Source: Saprospiraceae bacterium
GTDB taxonomy: Bacteria; Bacteroidota; Bacteroidia; Chitinophagales; Saprospiraceae
Assembly: GCA_026983735.1 (NCBI GenBank)
Contig: JALSTN010000186.1
Location: 1 to 49,306, forward strand
Length of the DNA: 49,306 nucleotides
Reading direction: 5' to 3'
Part shown: piece after piece, positions 38,619-46,736 of the stretch
Layout of the letters: each line of letters begins with the position of its first letter
How positions within the stretch are numbered: the stretch's first letter is position 1
The notes under the pieces: model-generated
What the model saw: the letters and a program-made list of their open reading frames with translations, nothing else
Database searches by the model: none
What the model was told of the DNA's origin: nothing
Program-made: the position numbers and the translations under genes

Positions 38619-40565
38619 TTAGATATCTACATTGGCGTAGGTCGCGTTATCTTCTATAAATTTTCTTCTTGGCGCCACTTCATCTCCCATCAACTTAGAA
38701 AACATCAAATCAGCTGCTACAGCATCTTCAATAGTCACTTGTTTGAGAATACGATGTTCCGGATTCATAGTAGTCTCCCAAAGCTGTTCTGCATTCATTT
38801 CCCCCAATCCTTTATAACGTTGAACTTTGACCGTTGCTTCATTGGCCTTGCCTGCTATTTCCGAAATGGCACTTCGCATTTCATCATCATTCCAACAGTA
38901 GCGCGCCTGCTTTCCCTTCTTCACCTGGTATAAGGGGGGTTGGGCTATATAAATATAGCCATCCTCTATGAGCTTATGCATGTATCTAAAGAAAAATGTA
39001 AGAATCAATGTTGTAATATGAGATCCATCTACATCCGCATCCGTCATAATAATAACCTTGTGATATCGCAGATTATCAATACTTAAGACCCTTTCTCCTT
39101 CCTCTTCGACAATCCGAACTCCTAAAGCTGTAAACATATTTTTGATCTCCTCATTTTCATATATTTTATGTTCCATTGCCTTCTCGACATTGAGTATTTT
39201 ACCACGAAGAGGCAATATGGCTTGAAAATGACGATCTCTACCCTGCTTGGCTGTCCCACCGGCGGAGTCTCCCTCTACTAAATAAATCTCGCAGATAGAA
39301 GCATCCTTTGAAGCACAATCACTGAGCTTACCCGGAAGCCCTGAACCTGTGAGTACGTTTTTTCTTTGCACTAGTTCTCTAGCCTTGCGCGCAGCGTGAC
39401 GTGCTGTAGCTGCCAAAATTACTTTGTCAATGATCCGCTTGACATCTTTGGGGTTTTCTTCAAGATAATGCTTAAGTGTATCCCCAACGATTCTGGACAC
39501 CACACCTGTAACTTCACTATTGCCCAATTCTCCTTTCGTCTGCCCTTTAAACTGTGGTTCCGGCACCTTAACGGCGACAACACTCGTCAATCCTTCTCTA
39601 AAATCCTCTCCGGAAACCTTGAACTTCAACTTCTTAAAGAAACCCCGTTCCTCTGCATATTTTTGGAATTCTCGATTTACTGCCCGTCTGAATCCATTAA
39701 CATGCGTCCCCCCTTCTCTCGTGTTGATATTATTGACGAAAGAGTATATATGCTCTTGAAAAGAGGTGTTGTATTGCATGGCCACTTCAACCTCTACGTT
39801 TTCCTCCTTGCCTACCACATGAATGGGACGCTCTATAATAGGCGTACGCCCTTCATCCAAATGCTCAACAAATTCCCGTAATCCACCTTCAGAATAAAAC
39901 TCTTCATATTTGGAATTTCCATTTTCGTCCTTCGTGCGTTCATCCGTCAGAGACAACCGAAGACCTTTATTGAGATAAGAGAGCTCCTTAAGTCTAGCTG
40001 CTAAGATCTCATACTTAAATTCTATCGTTTCAAATATACCTGTATCGGGATGGAATGTAATCTGTGTCCCCGTCCTATCCGTTTGACCAATTTCGATAAC
40101 CTTAGAAGTAGGGACACCCTTGGAATATTCCTGAACAAATACCTTTCCTTCTCGATGCACCTCTGCCTTGAGATAGTCCGAAAGCGCATTAACACAAGAG
40201 ACCCCTACACCGTGTAATCCACCGGAAACCTTATAAGAGTCTTTATCGAATTTTCCACCGGCGTGCAGAACCGTCATTACAACTTCCAAGGCAGACTTTT
40301 GGAGTTTCTCATGCATCCCTGTTGGGATACCTCTACCATCATCCCCGATTGTAATACTATTATCTTCATGGACAATCATATGGACTTTTTTGGCATGCCC
40401 GGCTAGATGTTCATCTATTGAATTGTCAATCACCTCCCAGACCAAATGATGCAGTCCCTTGACATCTGTACTTCCGATATACATTCCCGGGCGCAATCTG
40501 ACCGCTTCAAGTCCTTCCAATGCCTGAATACTACCTGCGTCGTATTGTTGTTTTTTCTGAGTCAT
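38619..40565 (-). CDS. gyrB: DNA gyrase subunit B
   Basis: YDAGSIQALEGLEAVRLRPGMYIG, GGLHGVGVSCVNALS, Toprim EGDSAGG, PLRGKILNVE, and a C-terminal YKGLGEMN. Confidence 0.97.
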   Translation of the reverse strand: MTQKKQQYDAGSIQALEGLEAVRLRPGMYIGSTDVKGLHHLVWEVIDNSIDEHLAGHAKKVHMIVHEDNSITIGDDGRGIPTGMHEKLQKSALEVVMTVLHAGGKFDKDSYKVSGGLHGVGVSCVNALSDYLKAEVHREGKVFVQEYSKGVPTSKVIEIGQTDRTGTQITFHPDTGIFETIEFKYEILAARLKELSYLNKGLRLSLTDERTKDENGNSKYEEFYSEGGLREFVEHLDEGRTPIIERPIHVVGKEENVEVEVAMQYNTSFQEHIYSFVNNINTREGGTHVNGFRRAVNREFQKYAEERGFFKKLKFKVSGEDFREGLTSVVAVKVPEPQFKGQTKGELGNSEVTGVVSRIVGDTLKHYLEENPKDVKRIIDKVILAATARHAARKARELVQRKNVLTGSGLPGKLSDCASKDASICEIYLVEGDSAGGTAKQGRDRHFQAILPLRGKILNVEKAMEHKIYENEEIKNMFTALGVRIVEEEGERVLSIDNLRYHKVIIMTDADVDGSHITTLILTFFFRYMHKLIEDGYIYIAQPPLYQVKKGKQARYCWNDDEMRSAISEIAGKANEATVKVQRYKGLGEMNAEQLWETTMNPEHRILKQVTIEDAVAADLMFSKLMGDEVAPRRKFIEDNATYANVDI

Positions 40566-40701
40566 GAATACGTATTTCTTGTATGAAATGGCAACATCTA
40601 TGTTTTGATATTACTCTTTGAATTTAATGGTTTTATAATATAGAATTAGTATAAAGGGATCCTCCATTCACCCCGTTTTGCTCACTCCATTTATGAGCAC
40701 A

Positions 40702-40709
40702 CAAAGATA
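40702..40709 (-). promoter_or_regulatory. Possible -7 box TATCTTTG for gyrB (about 137-nt leader)
   Basis: Exact TAnnTTTG on the gene strand within the gyrB/SDR divergent intergenic region. A chance occurrence cannot be excluded. Confidence 0.3.
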
Positions 40710-41013
40710 CAAATATATTATGAAATATTGTTAAGTTTTTAGCGAATGGTTGTATAACCCAAAACTTATATTGGTTCAATTCTTCAATGCCTCCGAAATT
40801 GCAGATTGTAAATGCATCTCCCCGTTTTTACGATTTGATTTTCTTCCAAGGTTTTAGGTAGATAGATATTGGTTTAGAATATTCATTGTCCATATAAATA
40901 AAAAAAGATGCTCTCATTAATATTATGGCCTATTGACCGTAATGGGTATCATTGTAATCAATAAAATAAGTGTATATTTACAACTCCAATTGTCTTAAAT
41001 ATCCATTCTTCTA

Positions 41014-41871
41014 ATGAATAAAAAAATGCCTCAGAGGTCTTGGGTAGTCATCACCGGTTGTTCATCCGGGATAGGACTTTCCTGTGTAAAAAAATTTCTC
41101 GGTGAAGGGTATAGTGTGCTTGGAACATATCGCAATTTAGAAAAATCAAATTCCTTAATTGCCTCCCTTGGAGATAATTTTATAGCCATTCAGCTAGACA
41201 TTTCCCGTGAAGACTCAATTATGCAGGCTTCCAAGGAAATAGAGCAAATCATCACAAGTTCCAAAGGGTATTTAGCATGCTTGATTAACAATGCGGGGAT
41301 TGCGGTGGGCGGCCCTTTAAAATATATCGATATCAGAGCGTTGAAAAGACAATTTGAGGTCAATGTCTTCGGACTAATGCATTTTACACAAATGCTTCTT
41401 CCCCTCATGGGTGGGAAGCATGAGAACAGAAAAAAACGAATTTTTAACATGAGTTCAGTATCAGGGAAATTTTCCAATCCCTTTTTAGGGCCCTATGCAG
41501 GTTCTAAATTTGCCTTGGAAGCCTTAAGTGATGCTTTGAGGTTGGAACTAAAACTATTCGATATTGGAGTTACCCTCATTGAACCCGGACCGATATCCAC
41601 ACCTATTTGGGATAAATCCATTTCTGTTATCGACCAATACGCTCACACAGAATATGCCCCTTACATAGATCAAGTCAATCAAATGATTAATACATTGAAA
41701 AAGGAAGCCCTTTCAGCTGAACATGTAGCTAACCTGATCTATAAAAGTTGGAAAAAATCCAAACCTGACATTCGAATTCTAATCGTAAAACATCCGTGGC
41801 TTCTGAATCTGTTTCTGCGTATTGTCCCAGACCGATTAAAGGATTGGATTAATCTAAGCAGACTAAAGTAA
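41014..41871 (+). CDS. Short-chain dehydrogenase/reductase (SDR) family oxidoreductase
   Basis: Rossmann motif ITGCSSGIG, NNAG, and catalytic S...YAGSK. Confidence 0.85.
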   Translation: MNKKMPQRSWVVITGCSSGIGLSCVKKFLGEGYSVLGTYRNLEKSNSLIASLGDNFIAIQLDISREDSIMQASKEIEQIITSSKGYLACLINNAGIAVGGPLKYIDIRALKRQFEVNVFGLMHFTQMLLPLMGGKHENRKKRIFNMSSVSGKFSNPFLGPYAGSKFALEALSDALRLELKLFDIGVTLIEPGPISTPIWDKSISVIDQYAHTEYAPYIDQVNQMINTLKKEALSAEHVANLIYKSWKKSKPDIRILIVKHPWLLNLFLRIVPDRLKDWINLSRLK

Positions 41872-41916
41872 TGAATAACAACCACATGTATCAATAAATA
41901 CTGTGCATTCAAACAA

Positions 41917-41954
41917 AAAAAGCTTCCTCTACTACAATTGCAGAGGAAGCTTTT
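41917..41954. terminator. Bidirectional rho-independent terminator between the SDR gene (+) and rplS (-)
   Basis: AAAAGCTTCCTCT (41917-41930), an 11-nt loop, then AGAGGAAGCTTTT (41942-41954). It is flanked by an A-run on the left and a T-run on the right. Confidence 0.8.
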
Positions 41955-41974
41955 GAATCTAATACTTAGTATAT

Positions 41975-42334
41975 TTATTTCTTAATGAATTTCCTCTCTT
42001 TAATCTTTGCTTTTTTACCTACGAGACCACGTAAATAGTACAGCTTTGCACGTCTTACCTTTCCATGCTTTAGCACTTTAACTTCAACTACATTAGGACA
42101 ACTGAAAGGAAAAATTCGCTCTACACCAACATTCCCGCTAATTTTTCTAACTGTGAAAGCTTTTCGCTTCCCTTCTCCTTCAATTTTTATTACGTCCCCT
42201 CGGAATTTCTGAATACGCTCTTTACTTCCCTCGACAATCTTATAACTTACTTCGACATTGTCTCCTGCCTTAAAAGATGGGATTCTACTATCGTCAAGAA
42301 GCTCATTTTCAACATATCTGATTAAATTATCCAT
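41975..42334 (-). CDS. rplS: 50S ribosomal protein L19
   Basis: 119 aa. The segment PSFKAGDNVEVSYKIVEGSKERIQKFRGDVI...RKISGNVGVERIFP is typical of L19. Confidence 0.95.
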   Translation of the reverse strand: MDNLIRYVENELLDDSRIPSFKAGDNVEVSYKIVEGSKERIQKFRGDVIKIEGEGKRKAFTVRKISGNVGVERIFPFSCPNVVEVKVLKHGKVRRAKLYYLRGLVGKKAKIKERKFIKK

Positions 42335-42367
42335 TGGAATCTTTTTTAACTATTTACAAAAGAGACG

Positions 42368-42375
42368 CAAAGGTA
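42368..42375 (-). promoter_or_regulatory. -7 box TACCTTTG upstream of rplS
   Basis: Exact TAnnTTTG on the minus strand, 33 nt upstream of the ATG. Confidence 0.5.
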
Positions 42376-42999
42376 ATACTTTTTGATTCAACAGGTATAT
42401 ATTATTGCTTAAATTATTCATATTTTTTTGTCATACGCTATATCCAAATTTGATTGATTCATTAAACAAATAATATAGAATAGATTTCCCGGTAACTAGC
42501 AAATTGTCATCCAAAACACACATTAGAATTTGCAATAAGGCTCCATTAATTTGCCAAACAGAGATGCGAACAAAGACAATCAGTATAATCACTTGATTCT
42601 GATGACCAAATGTGATTGAGTAGAATAATAGTTTTGGGTTATTTTAAGGCTCTGATTTTGGATTTCCGGGGTAATGAAGATAAAAACTACTGTGAGACAA
42701 CCCACCTGAAATTATATTTGGAAAAGATTGGCCCAAAATATTCCTGTCCAAGTACGAACGAGCTCTTAACACAAGAATTCTTACCTATAAATTGAGTGTC
42801 AATAAATGCAGGCCTCCACTCCTAAAATATAAATCATCCATAGGATAAGAGATAACCCCTATTCTAAACCTTATCTTTCTCTCTATTCTAAGTCTTATGA
42901 TATAAGGAAATGTTAAAATTTTCAAATTCCTATTGCAATTCTTATAAATCAGCTTACCTTTAAGCTTTGATATCTAAAACTCGCAAAACTCAACCTATC

Positions 43000-44685
43000 A
43001 TGAAAAAAATTTTTACTTTACTTGTTATCATGTCTATTGCTCTAGGCATACAAGCTCAGGATTCCAGAGTGGTGCTTATTGAGCAGTTTACACAAGCCTC
43101 CTGCCCGCCTTGTGCTCCGGCAAATGTTAGAATCCAAAATATACTAAAAAACTACCCCGAGACGGAAGTAGTAATACTTCGTTATCAGGCCTCTTTCCCG
43201 GGATTTGACCCCATGTATAACCATAACAAAAAAGATGTAAACAACAAGCAGAGCTATTACAGTATTCGCTCTGTGCCCGGCTCTGTAATTGATGGACAGA
43301 TGGGCCCGGATCATCCCAATACTATCATTAATACTACCAACTTAAATGCCCGCAAAAGAGTTGCTCCAGGATGCAGAATTGAATGCACTCCCTCAACATC
43401 AAAGGATGGAAAGCAAATTATGGTACATGCAAAGATAACCGCACTTAAGGATTTTGTCGGAAATGAAGCAGCTACTATAGCCATTATAGAAAAACACATT
43501 CACTTTGACAAACCACCTGGAGGGAATGGCGAAAAGGATTTCTTTAATGTAATGAAAAAGCTATTGCCTACGGCCAATGGTCAGCCACTACCTAAATTAA
43601 AGAAAGGAGAGGCTTATGAATTTGATGTTGAGTGGGAACTTCAAAATATATACAGCATTCCTCAAGTAGCCATGATCGCTTTTGTTCAGCAGAGAACTTC
43701 TAAGGAGGTATACCAGGCCCTTCATATTCCCCAAATCATACAGTCCCCGTATGCTAATGATGCGACCATCGGATGGATCTCCATAGACAATGGACCTGAA
43801 GATAATACGACCTGCAATACTTATGCATCCCCCCAAATCGAATTAATAAGCTTAGGCAATAAACCAATGACTACTGCCACAATAGAATATTCTGTCAATG
43901 GTAGTACCCCTCAACAATTCACCTGGAAGGGAAATCTGGGATTCTACGAAAGTGAAGTTGTCCAACTTAATGAAATTTCTTTTGGACTTACTGAAGATAA
44001 TACTATGAAGGCTAAAATCATATCAGTAAATGAAGAAAATGATGAAAATGCATCTAATAACACATATGAGGATTTATTTGATCTTGCGCCGATAACTTCC
44101 AACAAAATGATCGTTGACCTAAGATCGATGACGCGCCCCAATAGAATGTCATTTTCTATTATGAATTCATTAAAAGAAGAGGTTTACTCTGCAGGTCCCT
44201 TTAAGAGTTCTGAGAAATCCATTAAGAAGGAAATCGATCTTAAACCAAATGAGTGTTATGAAATAATCATTAATAATACCGCCCCCGGAAGTTCAAATGG
44301 ACGAGTTACCGTGAAAGATGATGCAGGCCAAGTAATCTATGCTACTCGACATATTCCTTATGGGTTGAACAGAACACACTTTACTACTAATCCTACCATC
44401 AGTGCAAAAGATGTCACAGGCAACTCTAATTTGAGTTGGAATATTTCACCTAATCCGGCGGGCTATTCGACCACTTTATCCGTAACTACGGATACAAGAC
44501 TAAGCGCCTCAATCTCCGTCCAATCACTAATGGGACAAGAATTACGATCATTTGACGTCCTCTTAACAAAAGGAGATAATTCTATCCATCTTCCGCTTGA
44601 AAATTTATCAAATGGAGTGTACTTTATCACATTGCGTTATAACGACACAATCCCGATAACAAAAAAATTAATTGTTCGACACTGA
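43000..44685 (+). CDS. Secreted Omp28-related / thioredoxin-fold-like protein with a T9SS type A C-terminal sorting domain
   Basis: Signal peptide MKKIFTLLVIMSIALGIQAQ, then VVLIEQFTQASCPPCAP near the mature N-terminus. The C-terminal ~80 aa (SPNPAGYSTTLSV...LSNGVYFITL...KKLIV) match the type A Por secretion tail pattern. Confidence 0.7.
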   Translation: MKKIFTLLVIMSIALGIQAQDSRVVLIEQFTQASCPPCAPANVRIQNILKNYPETEVVILRYQASFPGFDPMYNHNKKDVNNKQSYYSIRSVPGSVIDGQMGPDHPNTIINTTNLNARKRVAPGCRIECTPSTSKDGKQIMVHAKITALKDFVGNEAATIAIIEKHIHFDKPPGGNGEKDFFNVMKKLLPTANGQPLPKLKKGEAYEFDVEWELQNIYSIPQVAMIAFVQQRTSKEVYQALHIPQIIQSPYANDATIGWISIDNGPEDNTTCNTYASPQIELISLGNKPMTTATIEYSVNGSTPQQFTWKGNLGFYESEVVQLNEISFGLTEDNTMKAKIISVNEENDENASNNTYEDLFDLAPITSNKMIVDLRSMTRPNRMSFSIMNSLKEEVYSAGPFKSSEKSIKKEIDLKPNECYEIIINNTAPGSSNGRVTVKDDAGQVIYATRHIPYGLNRTHFTTNPTISAKDVTGNSNLSWNISPNPAGYSTTLSVTTDTRLSASISVQSLMGQELRSFDVLLTKGDNSIHLPLENLSNGVYFITLRYNDTIPITKKLIVRH

Positions 44686-44705
44686 TTTTTTGGATGATCT
44701 AATAT

Positions 44706-44741
44706 AAAAAAAGCCCATGCTGTAAAGTGTGGGCTTTTTTT
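44706..44741 (+). terminator. Rho-independent terminator after the T9SS type A cargo gene
   Basis: AAAAAAGCCCATGCT-GTAA-AGTGTGGGCTTTTTTT: a GC-cored stem followed by a 7-T run. Confidence 0.85.
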
Positions 44742-45004
44742 ATAACCTGACATTTGCGAGGCAATCGTTTTAACTTTAACTTGTCAATCACCATTTATTC
44801 GTACTAATTAATGTACTTTACCCAAAGGTGCTTTGCCCCCCGAATCATCATCGAAATAAATTGAGTAATACACTGTCCATTTGGAATCCTGGCGTTTTGA
44901 ATCTCCCCCCTTTTCTTACAACTTGCGATTATTCGCACTATAGTAATGTTTTAGGATGTAAAGTGTATATGAGGGAGGCATGAACAATTATTACAGCCCA
45001 ACGT

Positions 45005-45029
45005 TTTAAGTGAACTTAAATAATTATTT
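45005..45029. promoter_or_regulatory. Candidate DtxR/MntR-type operator: two adjacent, slightly overlapping palindromes 15-39 nt upstream of the repressor gene ATG
   Basis: TTTAAGTgaACTTAAA (45005-45020, 7-bp arms) and AAATAATTATTT (45018-45029, a perfect palindrome). Confidence 0.3.
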
Positions 45030-45043
45030 AGACAAACATAACT

Positions 45044-45709
45044 ATGTCGACAGTTTCATTAGAAAATTACCTGAAGACCATTTATCATCTTTCAGATGGA
45101 GGGCGATCAATCGTCTCAACACAAGAAGTTTCAAAAGCACTCGATTACTCTAATCCCGCCATCACAGACATGGCGAAGAAAATGAAAGAGAAGGGACTCC
45201 TTGAATACACTAAATATAAAGGTATGAGATTGTCCCCCCGAGGGACAAAGGAAGCGCTTAGAATTATTAGAATTCATCGACTATGGGAGACTTTCTTAAT
45301 GGAAGTTTTGGGATACGACTGGCAAGAAGTGCATGAAGAGGCAGAACTATTGGAACATAGCACATCGGATAAATTAGCAGAAAAACTGGCCATCTATCTT
45401 GACTACCCTGAAAGAGATCCTCATGGAGCTCCGATTCCCGGGATCGATGGCCAATGGCCAGCCCCTAGCTTCGATTTGCTTAGGTTTGACCATGTTGTCA
45501 AACCTGGTATATATACCATTCAGCGAGTATCTGACAATAACCCTGAGTTCCTTCAAATTATCACACAATTGGGCCTTGCGCTCTTTACTGAGATAGAACT
45601 CGTCGAGCATTGCTCTTTTGATGAAAGTAAAAGAATCTTAATTCGGGGAAAAGAGACATTTTTAAGCAATAAGATTAGTCAAAGAATATTTATAAGCGAA
45701 GCCAAATAG
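45044..45709 (+). CDS. DtxR/MntR-family metal-dependent transcriptional repressor with a C-terminal FeoA/SH3-like domain
   Basis: ENYLKTIY wHTH N-terminus, IRIHRLWETFL, VHEEAELLEH and DPHGAPIP. The ligand positions H78, E82, H97, E101, E104 and H105 are all present. Confidence 0.85.
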   Translation: MSTVSLENYLKTIYHLSDGGRSIVSTQEVSKALDYSNPAITDMAKKMKEKGLLEYTKYKGMRLSPRGTKEALRIIRIHRLWETFLMEVLGYDWQEVHEEAELLEHSTSDKLAEKLAIYLDYPERDPHGAPIPGIDGQWPAPSFDLLRFDHVVKPGIYTIQRVSDNNPEFLQIITQLGLALFTEIELVEHCSFDESKRILIRGKETFLSNKISQRIFISEAK

Positions 45710-45710
45710 T

Positions 45711-46736
45711 ATGCATTATTTATGGACTTTTATCCTCTTTATCCTATTCCTTATTATGATTATAGTAGTGGGGCGTAACTGGAATAATAAGCGTAAAGCT
45801 TCCAAATTAAAACACCTATCAGATGATATATTAAAATACTTTTTTGATTGTGAATACAGAGCAGCCCCTTGCCGCTTAGATGGTTTATATGGTCACCTCC
45901 ATCTTCCTCCTCAAAAAATTGCAAATGGAATAGGACATCTTATCGAAAAAGCATTCATTCGACCTAATCGAGACAATAGTTTCATCCTCACAGAATCCGG
46001 AAGAAAACAGGCATTAAAAATCATACGAAAACATCGTCTTATCGAAAGATATTTGGCCGATGAGACCGGAACCTTACCTGAGCAATGGCATACCAAAGCA
46101 GATAGATTTGAACATTTCATATCAGATAACGAAATAGAAAATATTGTACGACGAACAGGTCATCCTGTCTTTGACCCGCATGGTGATCCCATTCCAACTG
46201 AGAGTGGAGAAATTCCAGCTAGCGTCAAGGAGTTTTCCTTACTTGATTTAGAAGAAGGACAGCGCGCCATTATTAATCATATAGAGGATGAACCTACTTC
46301 TATATTCATTGAAGTAACTAAAATGGGGCTTCACCCTGGATTAAATATCTTTTTAAAGAAAAAGACATCATCCAAGTTCGTAATAACAAGTCATTTAGGT
46401 GAATCCACCTTGACACCGATTCAAGCTGGAGCGCTTAATATTAAAAAGGAAATTAGAAAAAAAAATTCGTCTAAAATAACGCTTCACACACTGAATCAAA
46501 TCCCAATCGGACAAACCATGATCATCTATGGAATCTCCAATGATCTCAGGGGAAGACAACGACGCAGGCTACTAGACTTAGGATTTGTGCCTGGCAATTC
46601 AGTTACACCTACCTTATCTAATGCGTCCAAGGGTACTCGAGCCTATGAAATTCTCAATACTTTGATCGCATTAAGAGCAGAACAATCTACTAAAATAATT
46701 GTAACTCCCAATCAACATACCTTAGAGGAAGAATGA
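45711..46736 (+). CDS. Membrane-anchored DtxR-like protein fused to two FeoA domains
   Basis: N-terminal TM WTFILFILFLIMIIVVG. DtxR-like core: IRKHRLIERYL, WHTKADRFEH, DPHGDPIP. FeoA-like segment 1 runs about aa 173-245 and segment 2 about aa 257-332, the latter with RGRQRRRLLDLGFVPG. It starts 1 nt after the upstream stop, and its own stop overlaps the feoB ATG (ATGA). Confidence 0.7.
   Translation: MHYLWTFILFILFLIMIIVVGRNWNNKRKASKLKHLSDDILKYFFDCEYRAAPCRLDGLYGHLHLPPQKIANGIGHLIEKAFIRPNRDNSFILTESGRKQALKIIRKHRLIERYLADETGTLPEQWHTKADRFEHFISDNEIENIVRRTGHPVFDPHGDPIPTESGEIPASVKEFSLLDLEEGQRAIINHIEDEPTSIFIEVTKMGLHPGLNIFLKKKTSSKFVITSHLGESTLTPIQAGALNIKKEIRKKNSSKITLHTLNQIPIGQTMIIYGISNDLRGRQRRRLLDLGFVPGNSVTPTLSNASKGTRAYEILNTLIALRAEQSTKIIVTPNQHTLEEE

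Noticed and set aside
38595-39881. Plus-strand ORFs 38595-38933, 39396-39881 and 39520-39759 overlapping gyrB.
   Set aside because: GyrB on the minus strand is unambiguous over its whole length. These are antisense shadow ORFs.
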